Positions 54,087 to 63,833 of a stretch of DNA of 64,000 nucleotides are shown in pieces. The DNA is from Oscillospiraceae bacterium. GTDB lineage: Bacteria; Bacillota; Clostridia; Oscillospirales; Oscillospiraceae. Made by a program: the position numbers and the translations under genes. The notes under the pieces were generated by a model. The model did not search any database and was not told the DNA's origin. It saw only the letters and a list, made by a program, of their open reading frames with translations. Where the stretch lies: positions 62,420 through 126,419 of the forward strand of contig WRAB01000002.1 in the NCBI GenBank assembly GCA_009780435.1, given 5' to 3'. Each line of letters begins with the position of its first letter. The first letter of the stretch is position 1.

Positions 54087-54138
54087 TACGCTTAGAATGA
54101 CAATTCCTCCGCTCCCTGCATAGAATGGTGCAAGGAGT

Positions 54139-54492
54139 GTGGACAGTTTGCCTATTTTCTTGCAAATCACAATTGCCGTCCTGGCGGCGGTGTGTATTTT
54201 TGGGATCTTTTGGGCCGCCTTTGGCACCATGCGTACGCCGGTGCGCTGTGGCAAGGGGTGTGCCTTGAGCACCATCGTGTCTGTGCGGGGATCGGCCCCG
54301 GAGTTGGAGCAGACGCTGAAAGGGCTCATCTGGCTCCAGGAGAACGGGGCGCTGACGGGGCAGATTCTCATCGCCGACTGCGGTATGGATGAGGAGGGCC
54401 AGGCCCTGGTCCGGCTGGCGGTGAAAAAATACGAGAAAATTGCCTTTTGCAGGGCGGAGGACGTGACGCAGTGGATCGTGGAGACGCCGTGA
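54139..54492 (+). CDS. Hypothetical membrane-anchored protein upstream of recD2
   Basis: 117-aa ORF with one N-terminal TM segment. The start is ambiguous (GTG 54139 or TTG 54148). Its stop overlaps the recD2 start. Confidence 0.5.
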   Translation: MDSLPIFLQITIAVLAAVCIFGIFWAAFGTMRTPVRCGKGCALSTIVSVRGSAPELEQTLKGLIWLQENGALTGQILIADCGMDEEGQALVRLAVKKYEKIAFCRAEDVTQWIVETP

Positions 54493-56696
54493 GAGAAAAT
54501 CAAGATACAACCGAGATAACCGGTGCTGTGACCGCCGTGATCTACCAGAGCCAGGAGAGCGGCTATACCGTCTTGCGCCTAGATGTAGGCGGCGGGGAGC
54601 CGGTGACGGCGGTGGGGACTCTGCCCTTTGCCGCCCCGGGAGAGACACTGACTTTGACCGGTACTTGGAGTACCCACCCCAGCTATGGGGATCAGTTCAA
54701 AGTCCAGTGGGCGACCCGTACTTTGCCCACGACGGAGAACGCCATCTATGACTACCTGGCCTCCGGCGCCGTCCGAGGCGTGGGTCCTGCCACGGCACAG
54801 GCCATAGTGGATCGCTTTGGGGCAGATTCTCTGGCGGTCATGGAGGAACACCCGGAACAACTGGCCGCTCTCAAGGGGATTACTATCAGAAAAGCCCGGG
54901 AGATCGGAGCCGCTGTCCGTCGGCAGGCGGCCCTGCGGCTGTTGATCGAATTTCTCACCCGCCACGGGTTGTCTCCAGCCCTTTCGATCAAGCTATACCA
55001 GGGCTTCGGCGACAACGCCCTGGAGGCCGTGCGGGACGACCCCTATCTCCTGGCCGACTCCTTTTTCGGCGGCGACTTCCACGTGGCGGATCAACTGGCC
55101 CTCCAGATGGGGGTGGACGGAGATAGCCCCCGGCGGCTCATGGCGGCCACACGGTTTACCTTGGAGCATAATTTACAAAATGGCCACTGCTTTATTCCCC
55201 GGGACAAGCTCACCGGGGCCACGGCCCGGCTATTGGAAGTCCCCCGGGATTTGGCGGAGGACGCTTTGGACGAATTGACCGGGCAGGGCAGAATCATCTC
55301 GGACACACTGCGGGGGATTGCTGTCTGTTATCTCGACCACCTCTACGAGGCGGAGGTTGCAGTGGCGGCGAAGAGTCAGGCCCTGGCGGATGAGGTGGCC
55401 GAGGGGCAGGCGGATATAGCAAGTCTAATCCGGCAGGTGGAGGCGGACACGGGCATCACCTACGCACCGGAACAACGGCAGGCGGTAGAAGCGGCGGCTC
55501 TGGGCCATCTGCTGGTGATTACCGGTGCGCCGGGGACGGGCAAGACCACGGCGGTGCGGGGGATTCTCGGTCTCTTTGATCGGCTGGGGTTGAAAACCCT
55601 TTTGGCAGCCCCCACGGGCCGGGCCGCCAAACGGATGAGCGAGCTGACAGGCCGTGACGCCTTCACTATTCACCGGCTCCTAGGGGCTGGGTATTCCGGT
55701 GAGGATGACGCCCTCTGTTTTGAGCGAGACGAGTCCAATCCTCTGGAGGCCGACGCCGTGATCTTGGACGAGACCAGTATGGTGGACATTCTCTTGGCCC
55801 AGGCCCTCTTTCGGGCGCTGCCGCCCAATTGTCGGCTGGTACTGGTAGGGGATGCGGATCAGCTTCCCTCCGTGGGGCCGGGGAACGTGTTCTCCGATCT
55901 CATCCGCAGCGGGACCGTACCCGTGGTGCGGTTGACAGAGATTTTCCGCCAGGCCAAAGACAGCGGGATCGTCCAAAATGCCCATAAGATCAACCGGGGC
56001 GAGCAGATGGATCTCATGAAAAAAGAGGCGGATTTTTTCTTCCTCCAGCGGAGCGGTGCCGCCAAGACGGTGGAGACGGTGACAGACTTGGTGGCCCGCA
56101 GATTGCCGGAGAATATGTCTATCCCCGCGCAAGAGATTCAGGTTCTCTCCCCCTTTAAGCGGGGGGAGGCGGGGACCATCAACCTCAACCGGCGGCTTCA
56201 GGAGGCCTTAAATCCCCCCTCTGCCCAAAAATCGGAGCGAAAATTCGGGGATTTTGTCCTCCGCTGTGGCGATAAAGTGATGCAAATTCGCAACAACTAT
56301 GATATACTATGGAAATCTCCCGACGGCGGGGTCGGTCAGGGGATATTCAACGGGGACATCGGCCATATTCTGGCCATTGACCCCAAAGCGGATACCCTCA
56401 CCGCCGATTTCGACGGGCGAGAGGTGGTTTACACCGCCGATCAGGTGAGTGAACTGGAACTGGCCTACGCCATGACCGTGCACAAGAGCCAGGGCAGTGA
56501 GTACCGGGCGGTGATCTTCGTGGCGGAACGGGGGCCCTCTATGCTCCTGGCCAGAAAAATCCTCTATACCGGGATCACCCGGGCGAAAGAACTTCTGATC
56601 CTGGTGGGAGACGGGAAAATTGTAGAGACCATGACGGCGAATGATCGACAGCAGAAGCGGTACAGCGGCCTAAAATTACGATTGGCAGGTGAATAG
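54489..56696 (+). CDS. recD2: RecD2-type SF1B ATP-dependent DNA helicase (RecD/TraA family)
   Basis: The motifs are ITGAPGTGKTT, VLVGDADQLPSVGPG and the C-terminal AMTVHKSQGSE. The GTG start overlaps the upstream TGA (GTGA). Confidence 0.9.
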   Translation: MRENQDTTEITGAVTAVIYQSQESGYTVLRLDVGGGEPVTAVGTLPFAAPGETLTLTGTWSTHPSYGDQFKVQWATRTLPTTENAIYDYLASGAVRGVGPATAQAIVDRFGADSLAVMEEHPEQLAALKGITIRKAREIGAAVRRQAALRLLIEFLTRHGLSPALSIKLYQGFGDNALEAVRDDPYLLADSFFGGDFHVADQLALQMGVDGDSPRRLMAATRFTLEHNLQNGHCFIPRDKLTGATARLLEVPRDLAEDALDELTGQGRIISDTLRGIAVCYLDHLYEAEVAVAAKSQALADEVAEGQADIASLIRQVEADTGITYAPEQRQAVEAAALGHLLVITGAPGTGKTTAVRGILGLFDRLGLKTLLAAPTGRAAKRMSELTGRDAFTIHRLLGAGYSGEDDALCFERDESNPLEADAVILDETSMVDILLAQALFRALPPNCRLVLVGDADQLPSVGPGNVFSDLIRSGTVPVVRLTEIFRQAKDSGIVQNAHKINRGEQMDLMKKEADFFFLQRSGAAKTVETVTDLVARRLPENMSIPAQEIQVLSPFKRGEAGTINLNRRLQEALNPPSAQKSERKFGDFVLRCGDKVMQIRNNYDILWKSPDGGVGQGIFNGDIGHILAIDPKADTLTADFDGREVVYTADQVSELELAYAMTVHKSQGSEYRAVIFVAERGPSMLLARKILYTGITRAKELLILVGDGKIVETMTANDRQQKRYSGLKLRLAGE

Positions 56697-56699
56697 CGC

Positions 56700-57359
56700 A
56701 TGGGGTTCCGATCTCTGATACTGGACTTGCTCTTTCCCCCTAGGTGTGTCTTTTGCAGAAGCTTTCTCAAAGGGGAAAAGGTTCTCGTCTGCGCCGATTG
56801 CGTGGATACGCTGCCCTATTGCGAGGAGGAGCGGGCCATCCAGCCGGGGGAGTTCTACACCTATTGTATCTCGCCCCTCTACTTTGATGGCCACGTGCGA
56901 AAAAGTCTCCACCGCTTCAAGTTCGAGGATGCCAGAGACTACCGCCGGGCCTACAGCGCTTTTCTGGCCGACTGTGTTCGTACCCATTACAAGGACAAAT
57001 ACGACATGATCAGCTGGGTGCCCGTCAGTAGAGAGCGGCGAAAAAAGCGGGGCTATGATCAGGCCATGCTTCTGGCTTTGGCTACGGCCTTAGAGTTGGA
57101 CGACGTGGCGGCAGAGACCCTGCGCAAAGTCAAAAACGCAGCGCCCCAATCGGAACTGGGCGGACGCGACGAGCGGCGGGCCAACATCTCCGGGGCCTAC
57201 GAGGTCACGGATGAGGAGCTCATCGCCGGGAAGCGGATTTTGCTCATTGACGACGTGGTGACCACGGGGGCCACCCTGTCGGAGGCGGCCCGCAGTCTTC
57301 TCATGGCCGGTGCGGATCAAGTCCTGTGCGCCACTCTGGCCCGGTCGTTGGAGGATTAG
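56700..57359 (+). CDS. comFC: ComF-family protein (phosphoribosyltransferase-like, ComFC)
   Basis: An N-terminal Cys4 motif (CVFC...CADC) and the PRT motif ILLIDDVVTTGATL are present. Confidence 0.85.
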   Translation: MGFRSLILDLLFPPRCVFCRSFLKGEKVLVCADCVDTLPYCEEERAIQPGEFYTYCISPLYFDGHVRKSLHRFKFEDARDYRRAYSAFLADCVRTHYKDKYDMISWVPVSRERRKKRGYDQAMLLALATALELDDVAAETLRKVKNAAPQSELGGRDERRANISGAYEVTDEELIAGKRILLIDDVVTTGATLSEAARSLLMAGADQVLCATLARSLED

Positions 57360-57447
57360 GTGGAGAATAACACAAGGCCATCTCTTTTGCCGACGGTTTA
57401 AAACAGAAAAAAACTGCCAATACTGAGCAGTGGAGGAATTATTGGCT

Positions 57448-58473
57448 ATGGTATTTGGACGCGACATTGGAATCGACCTGGGAACCGCCACGGTTCTGGT
57501 CTTTATCAGGGGAAAGGGCATCGTACTTAGAGAACCCTCTGTGGTGGCAATGGATAAGAACACTGGGCGGCTCTTAAAAGTCGGCGAGGAGGCCCAGCGG
57601 ATGTTGGGCAGAACCCCCGGCAACATTGTGGCCATCCGCCCCCTGCGAGAGGGCGTCATCTCCGACTATGACATGACAGAGCGGATGCTCCGGGAGATTA
57701 TCCGGAAAGTGACGACATTTTCTCTGTTTAAGCCCCGTCTCGTCATCTGTGTACCCAGCGGTATCACGGAGGTGGAGGAACGGGCGGTCATTGACGCGGG
57801 AATCCAGGCCGGGGCGCGCAAGGTCTTTTTGATTGAAGAGCCTGTGGCGGCGGCCATTGGGGCGGGGCTTGACATCTCCCGGCCCGAGGGCCATATGGTC
57901 GTAGACGTGGGCGGCGGCACGACGGATGTGGCGGTGATCGCCCTGTCTGGCGTAGTCACGTCAGAGTCCATTAAAATCGCCGGGGACAGTTTTGATGAGG
58001 CCCTGATCAAATACATCAAGCGCAGGCACAATGTTCTCATCGGCGAGAATACGTCGGAGGAACTCAAACGTACCATCGGGTGCGTTTTCCCCCGGCCGGA
58101 GATCGAGACCGTGGAGGTCAAGGGACGCTGTCTCATGACGGGCCTGCCCCGGATGGTGTCCATCAACTCCAACGACATGATCGAGGCCTTTGAGGAGGTC
58201 TCTGAGCGGATTTTGGAGACGATTCATCAGGTGCTGGAGAGCACCCCGCCGGAACTGGTGGCGGATATCTCCAACAATGGGATCGTGATGACCGGCGGCG
58301 GGAGCCTTATTTGGGGTTTTGATAAGTTGGTGGAATCCCGCACCAGTATTGAGACCCATATTGCCGACGATGCCATCTCCTGCGTGGCATACGGCACGGG
58401 GAAGACTTTGGATTGGGTCAGTGACATGCAGGATGGGACGATTAACTTGTCGAGACGGCGACAGATGAATTAA
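57448..58473 (+). CDS. mreB: Rod-shape-determining protein MreB
   Basis: MVFGRDIGIDLGTATVLVF... shows the actin fold with conserved MreB motifs. Confidence 0.93.
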   Translation: MVFGRDIGIDLGTATVLVFIRGKGIVLREPSVVAMDKNTGRLLKVGEEAQRMLGRTPGNIVAIRPLREGVISDYDMTERMLREIIRKVTTFSLFKPRLVICVPSGITEVEERAVIDAGIQAGARKVFLIEEPVAAAIGAGLDISRPEGHMVVDVGGGTTDVAVIALSGVVTSESIKIAGDSFDEALIKYIKRRHNVLIGENTSEELKRTIGCVFPRPEIETVEVKGRCLMTGLPRMVSINSNDMIEAFEEVSERILETIHQVLESTPPELVADISNNGIVMTGGGSLIWGFDKLVESRTSIETHIADDAISCVAYGTGKTLDWVSDMQDGTINLSRRRQMN

Positions 58474-58493
58474 ACGGTTATATCTTTTCAAAT

Positions 58494-58518
58494 GGGCGCA
58501 CACTGTGCGCCCGTTTTT
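58494..58518 (+). terminator. Intrinsic terminator of mreB
   Basis: gggcgcacactgtgcgccc followed by GTTTTT. Confidence 0.8.
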
Positions 58519-58599
58519 GATTTTATCAAACCCTTGCGAATTGCCGGGTTTTGTAATACAATAAAGTGGTCAATATTATACTGACAGGGGGATTTTTTT

Positions 58600-59550
58600 A
58601 TGGAGAGACCCAAGGGCATAAAGCTATCGAAACTAGTGGATCATTTCGGGCTCGCAGTATTACACAAGCCGGAGGCCTATGATACAATCCGGGTTCAGAC
58701 GGCGGATTTGAACAGGCCGGGATTACAAGTTGTAGGGTTCTACGACTACTTTGCTCCGGAACGGCTCCAGGTTTTGGGGATGATGGAGCACACCTTCTTG
58801 GCGGGGCTGACCTCCCAGGCGCGGCGAGAGACCTTTGTCCGGCTGTTTGCCACGGGAATCCCGGCCCTCATCTTTTGCCATCAGATCGAAGTCTTTTCCG
58901 AGTGTCTGGAAGCGGCGGCGGAGCAAGGCGCCACGGTTTTGGAGAGCCCGCGGGATACCTCAGATTTTATGGCCGCCTGTATCGCCTGGCTCAAGGTGGA
59001 GCTGGCCCCTTGCATCACCCGCCACGGCGTCTTTGTAGAGGTCTACGGCGAGGGACTCCTGCTCGTGGGGGAGAGCGGCGTGGGGAAGAGTGAGACGGCC
59101 ATTGAACTGGTCAAGCGGGGCCACCGGCTCATCGCCGACGACGCGGTGGAGCTCCGGCGGACCTCAGATACGGCCCTGGTTGGCACCGCCCCGGAGAGCA
59201 TCCGGCACTATATCGAGCTGCGGGGCATCGGGGTCGTCAACGTGCGGCGGCTGTTCGGTATCGGGGTTGTCAAGTCCACGGAGAAGGTAGATTTGGTCAT
59301 CCACCTGGAAGAGTGGAAGGACGGCGCGCTCTATGACCGGCTGGGGTTAGACGCCCAGTTCACGGAGATATTGGGGATCCAAGTACCCAGTTTGACCATC
59401 CCCGTCAAGCCGGGCCGGAATCTGGCCGTTATCATTGAGGTGGCCGCCATGAACAACCGCCAGAAGCGGATGGGTTACGATTCGGCCCTGGAATTCACCA
59501 AGCAGATCAACAAATACTTCGAGGCGAACGCCGCAGGACAATATGAGTGA
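58600..59550 (+). CDS. hprK: HPr kinase/phosphorylase
   Basis: The Walker A motif is GESGVGKSE and the signature is IELRGIGVVNV. Confidence 0.93.
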   Translation: MERPKGIKLSKLVDHFGLAVLHKPEAYDTIRVQTADLNRPGLQVVGFYDYFAPERLQVLGMMEHTFLAGLTSQARRETFVRLFATGIPALIFCHQIEVFSECLEAAAEQGATVLESPRDTSDFMAACIAWLKVELAPCITRHGVFVEVYGEGLLLVGESGVGKSETAIELVKRGHRLIADDAVELRRTSDTALVGTAPESIRHYIELRGIGVVNVRRLFGIGVVKSTEKVDLVIHLEEWKDGALYDRLGLDAQFTEILGIQVPSLTIPVKPGRNLAVIIEVAAMNNRQKRMGYDSALEFTKQINKYFEANAAGQYE

Positions 59551-60457
59551 TATGAATTTACAATCTGTCTTATCGGAACTAAATCAATTCGGCGTATCCA
59601 TCGCCTGGGATGAGCCTATGCAACACCACACCTCTTTTCGCATTGGTGGCCCTGTGCGAGCCATGCTGTTTCCGGTGGGGGAGGACCAGCTGATCCATAC
59701 CGTCCGGCAGTTGGAGCAGATCGGTTGTACGCCCCTCTTAATCGGCAACGGCAGCAATCTATTGGCCGCAGACGGCCCCATTGACCGGGTGGTCATCAAG
59801 ACTCACGATGGCCTGTCGGGGTGTGAGCAGGTAGACGACCACACCATCTATGCGGCCTCTGGGACGCTACTCTCCCGGGTGGCGGTATTCGCCCAGAGCC
59901 TCGGGCTTGCGGGACTAGAGTTCGCCCACGGAATCCCCGGCACCCTGGGCGGGGCATTGGTCATGAACGCCGGGGCCTACGGCGGGGAGATGGCCCAGGT
60001 GACGGCAGAAGTGCGCTATTTAGACGACTCCCGCACCCAGCAGACGGTTTCCGGTGCGGACTTGACCTTCTCCTACCGCCACAGCCGCTTTTCCGGCACA
60101 GATGATGTAATTTTAGGCGCTACACTGATCCTCTCTCCCGGCGACCCGGTGGTGATCCAGGCCAAAATGGAGGAACTGGCGCAGAAGCGCAGAACCAGCC
60201 AGCCCCTCAATCTCCCCAGCGCGGGCAGTATCTTCAAGCGGCCAACAGGCGGCTACGCCGCCGCTCTCATCGATCAGGCGGGCCTCAGAGGCTTCGCCAT
60301 GGGCGGGGCACAAGTGTCGGAGAAGCACGCCGGATTCGTCGTCAACCGCGGCGACGCCACCTGCGACGACGTGCGCCGGCTCATGGCGCATGTGCAAGAG
60401 ACGGTGCTCCGACAATCGGGTATCGCGCTGGAGCCGGAAGTGCAGATGATTACGTAG
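59543..60457 (+). CDS. murB: UDP-N-acetylenolpyruvoylglucosamine reductase
   Basis: TSFRIGGP, GNGSNLL and the C-terminal MurB domain are present. It overlaps hprK by 8 nt. Confidence 0.92.
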   Translation: MSDMNLQSVLSELNQFGVSIAWDEPMQHHTSFRIGGPVRAMLFPVGEDQLIHTVRQLEQIGCTPLLIGNGSNLLAADGPIDRVVIKTHDGLSGCEQVDDHTIYAASGTLLSRVAVFAQSLGLAGLEFAHGIPGTLGGALVMNAGAYGGEMAQVTAEVRYLDDSRTQQTVSGADLTFSYRHSRFSGTDDVILGATLILSPGDPVVIQAKMEELAQKRRTSQPLNLPSAGSIFKRPTGGYAAALIDQAGLRGFAMGGAQVSEKHAGFVVNRGDATCDDVRRLMAHVQETVLRQSGIALEPEVQMIT

Positions 60458-60559
60458 GGGACGCGAACAGTATTCGCCCGACATGTGTCCAAAGCGGGCG
60501 AACACTGTTCGACCCGACGGCATACATTTCCCACCCACCACGAAAGGGGGACCACCCAT

Positions 60560-61438
60560 ATGGAATTTGTCATTATCTCCGGAATCAGCGGCGCAGGGAA
60601 GAGCCGGGCGGCCGATATTTTGGAGGATCTCAACTTTTATTGCGTAGACAACTTGCCGGTGGCACTTATCCCCCGCTTCGCCGAACTCTGTCTCGCCACC
60701 GACCAGTACGAGCGGGTGGCGCTGGTCACAGATGTGCGGGGCGGACAAGATAGCTTTGCGCAGTTGTTCTCCGCCCTGGATGAGATGCGCACCATGGGGT
60801 GTTCCTATAAAATCCTCTTTGTGGACGCCTCTATTGAGACCCTGGTGCGGCGCTATAAGGAGACTCGCCGCCGCCATCCCCTGGATCCAGACGGCAGGGG
60901 GTTGGAGGAGGCCATCCGGCGGGAGAAAAAACTGCTCATGCCCGTCAGGGATCGGGCCAACTATATTGTGGATACCTCCGGCCTGACCCTCGGCCAGTTG
61001 CAGCGGAAGCTGTATCAACTTTTTATGCCCGCCCAGGCCAGCGACAATCCCATCCACGTCAATGTGGTGTCTTACGGCTTTAAATACGGCATCCCCATGG
61101 ATTCCGATCTCGTCTTTGACGTGCGGTATCTGCCCAACCCGTTCTATCTGAAAGAACTGCGGGAGTTGAGCGGGATGGACGCCCCTGTGAAGGACTTCGT
61201 CTTTTCCCATCCCCAGGCGGTGGAGTTTATGCGACATCTGGAGAATATGGTGAAGTTCCTTTTGCCCATGTACATTGAGGAGGGCAAACCCTCCCTCACC
61301 ATCTCCATCGGCTGTACCGGCGGTAAACATCGGAGCGTGGCCATCGCCCAGGCGCTGACAGAGTGTATCGCAGCCCACAGCTATCAGGTGGAGACCATCC
61401 ACCGAGACCTGGAAAAAGGACGCCACGGAAGCGGGTAA
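60560..61438 (+). CDS. rapZ: RNase adapter protein RapZ (YvcJ)
   Basis: MEFVIISGISGAGKSRAADILEDLNFYCVDNLP is the N-terminus, with CTGGKHRSV near the C-terminus. A GAAAGGGGG RBS is present. Confidence 0.92.
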   Translation: MEFVIISGISGAGKSRAADILEDLNFYCVDNLPVALIPRFAELCLATDQYERVALVTDVRGGQDSFAQLFSALDEMRTMGCSYKILFVDASIETLVRRYKETRRRHPLDPDGRGLEEAIRREKKLLMPVRDRANYIVDTSGLTLGQLQRKLYQLFMPAQASDNPIHVNVVSYGFKYGIPMDSDLVFDVRYLPNPFYLKELRELSGMDAPVKDFVFSHPQAVEFMRHLENMVKFLLPMYIEEGKPSLTISIGCTGGKHRSVAIAQALTECIAAHSYQVETIHRDLEKGRHGSG

Positions 61439-61454
61439 AGAAAGGGGCGATGGC

Positions 61455-62360
61455 ATGACCTTTTCATCGAGTGCCAAAGCAGAGATATGCAAACAGCCCA
61501 TCGAGAAACCGTGCTGTGCCGTGGCGGAAGCCTACGGCATCTTTCTGTACGGCAACACCTTTTCAGCCGGTGAGATCAAAATCGTAACCGAGTGCCGCCC
61601 CCTGGGTGGCCGGCTTTCGGCGTTGCTCCAGACGGGGTTTGACCTGACTTTTGACGGCATCCCCCCCGACGCCGTCGAGGACAAGCAGTCCTATGTCATA
61701 AACGCACCCGACAAGTTGGAGCGTATCGCCGCCACCATCGGATACGACAGCGGCGGCGTCTTAGCCCACCATATCAATTTTGGTATCTTAGAGGAGTCCT
61801 GTTGCGGTGTCTCTCTGATCCGGGGTGCATTTTTGGCCGGCGGCTCCGTCACAGATCCGGACAAGGGATATCACCTGGAACTCACCACCAGCCGCCGGAG
61901 TGTGTCCCGCTCCCTGTTCACCCTGCTGATGGAACTGGAGTTCTCCCCCAAGGACGCCATGCGCCGGGGGAACTACGTCATCTATTTTAAACAGTCCGGT
62001 GTGATCGAGGACTTTCTCACCACCATCGGCGCGCCCCAAGCGGCCATGTCCCTGATGACCGCTAAGGTGGAAAAGGATATGCGAAACGCCATCCAGCGGC
62101 GGGTCAACTGCGATACGGCCAACGTGGACAAGAGCGTCGAGGCCGCCCAGACCCAACTGGCCGCCATCCGCCGCATCGAGCAGGGGCAGGGACTGGAGAC
62201 TCTGCCGGACAAACTCCACCAGACGGCCCTATTACGGATCGTCAACCCCGAGGCCAGCCTCGCCGAACTCTCCCAACTGGCAGACCCGCCCGTGACCAAG
62301 TCCTGTATGAGTCATCGGCTCAAGAAGTTGATTGCACTGGGGGAGGAAGTGGTTTTGTAG
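61455..62360 (+). CDS. whiA: DNA-binding protein WhiA
   Basis: MTFSSSAKAEI is the N-terminus. A LAGLIDADG-like body and a C-terminal HTH (SCMSHRLKKL) are present. Confidence 0.9.
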   Translation: MTFSSSAKAEICKQPIEKPCCAVAEAYGIFLYGNTFSAGEIKIVTECRPLGGRLSALLQTGFDLTFDGIPPDAVEDKQSYVINAPDKLERIAATIGYDSGGVLAHHINFGILEESCCGVSLIRGAFLAGGSVTDPDKGYHLELTTSRRSVSRSLFTLLMELEFSPKDAMRRGNYVIYFKQSGVIEDFLTTIGAPQAAMSLMTAKVEKDMRNAIQRRVNCDTANVDKSVEAAQTQLAAIRRIEQGQGLETLPDKLHQTALLRIVNPEASLAELSQLADPPVTKSCMSHRLKKLIALGEEVVL

Positions 62361-62375
62361 GAACGCTCCCCAGCT

Positions 62376-62585
62376 CTCCCCCAGTCCTCCCCCAGTCAGG
62401 CTACGCCTGACAGCCCCCTCAAAACGAGGGGGCCGAAGGTCAAGGGCAACGCTGAGGCCAACTGCCCCAAAGCCTCCCTCAATTTGAGGGAGGTGGCAGG
62501 CGCAGCCTGACGGAGGGAGTTTATGCGTCGCAGGTCAAGGGCAATCCTCAGTCGGCTCCGCCGACAGCTCCTTTAAAAAAGGAGC
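62376..62585. repeat. Dense cluster of short GC-rich hairpins and direct repeats in the whiA / AI-2E-transporter intergenic region
   Basis: A tandem CTCCCCCAGTC x2 lies at 62376-62397. Hairpins lie at 62395-62411, 62413-62433, 62473-62493, 62497-62509, 62551-62565 and 62567-62585. The direct repeat AGGTCAAGGGCAA occurs at 62437 and 62532. Confidence 0.75.
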
Positions 62586-62630
62586 CCGTGTCCGTTATGC
62601 GTACATATTCGAAAATTTAGGAGGCCCACC

Positions 62631-63815
62631 ATGACCAAATCACCTATGGAAAAATTCAAAACCCTATTGCCCTATTTCTTGCTGGCCGTGGCGATTATTG
62701 CGGCGTATCGGATTTCCGGCGAGATGGGGATTTTCTTTGACTTCCTCCGGCGGGCCTGGGGGGTTGTGGCCCCGTTTTTCTACGGATTTTTACTGGCGTA
62801 TATATTCAATATCCCCTGCGGCAGTATCCAGAAACTCCTGGTGAAGACAAAAAATAAGTTTATCATCAAGCGGAGAAACGTGATCAGCCTTCTGATTGTG
62901 CTTCTGCTCTTTGTGCTCCTGATCGTTTTGGTTTTAAATATCGTGATCCCCGCCATCGCCAACAGTATTGCGTTCTTTATCGCCAACCTCCCCGTCTACT
63001 GGGATGGCGTCCTGCGGCTGATCAATGAGTTCAACAATCTGGAGTTGTTCGGATTACATATCAACGCAGAGGCGATCCTCGGTCAGTTGAGTGGTGCGTT
63101 TGAGAACTTTAGTATCGACACGCTCTGGGCGCCGATCAATGCGATCATGGGTGCGGCGACGGCGGTGTTCAGCGGCGCAATTGCGTTTATCTCGTCCATC
63201 TATATTTTGATTGAAAAAGAAAACTGCAAGGCGTATTTGAACAAACTGCTCAAGGTCTTTGCCTCTGACCGGGTGCGCGTTACAACCATAGACATTTTCA
63301 GTAAGTTGAACAAAAATTTTCGACAGTATATCCACACCCAGACCATTGATGGAATGATCCTTGGCACCATGGCGACGGTGGCGCTATTTATCATGCGCTC
63401 TCCCTTTGCCCTTGTGCTGGGCCTCATGCTGGGGATCGTCAACTATATCCCCTATTTCGGCTCCATATTCGGCACCCTTGTGGCAGTCCTGGTGGTGACC
63501 TTTACGCAAGGGCTCACCATGGGGCTGATTGCGGCTGTGGCGTTGTTTGTCATCCAGCAGATTGACGCCAATATTATTCAGCCAAAATTGATGAGCGGTT
63601 CCTTTGCGCTGAGCCCCCTGCTCGTCATTATCAGCATCACCATCGGCGGGGCCTTTGCGGGGATTTTCGGCATGATTATTGCCATCCCCATCATTGCGGT
63701 ACTGAAAGACCTGTTAGACGATGTTGTCGCATACGTTGCACACAAGAAGTCGGGTGTGTCAGACGAGTTGGAGGGACAGGTTGAACTAGACTTCCAAGAG
63801 GCGGACCAGGAGTAG
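62631..63815 (+). CDS. AI-2E family transporter (PerM/UPF0118)
   Basis: 394 aa with about 8 TM segments. An AGGAGG RBS is present, and the C-terminal IPIIAVLKD-type motif is there. Confidence 0.85.
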   Translation: MTKSPMEKFKTLLPYFLLAVAIIAAYRISGEMGIFFDFLRRAWGVVAPFFYGFLLAYIFNIPCGSIQKLLVKTKNKFIIKRRNVISLLIVLLLFVLLIVLVLNIVIPAIANSIAFFIANLPVYWDGVLRLINEFNNLELFGLHINAEAILGQLSGAFENFSIDTLWAPINAIMGAATAVFSGAIAFISSIYILIEKENCKAYLNKLLKVFASDRVRVTTIDIFSKLNKNFRQYIHTQTIDGMILGTMATVALFIMRSPFALVLGLMLGIVNYIPYFGSIFGTLVAVLVVTFTQGLTMGLIAAVALFVIQQIDANIIQPKLMSGSFALSPLLVIISITIGGAFAGIFGMIIAIPIIAVLKDLLDDVVAYVAHKKSGVSDELEGQVELDFQEADQE

Positions 63816-63833
63816 CAAAGCGAGGAGCATACC

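Noticed and set aside
60113-61501. A 462-aa ORF on the minus strand spanning the end of murB, all of rapZ and the start of whiA.
   Set aside because: It is antisense to three genes with unmistakable family signatures and proper RBSs. The predicted protein has a skewed, low-complexity composition (rich in G/H/L/P/A). Long open antisense frames are expected in GC-rich coding DNA.
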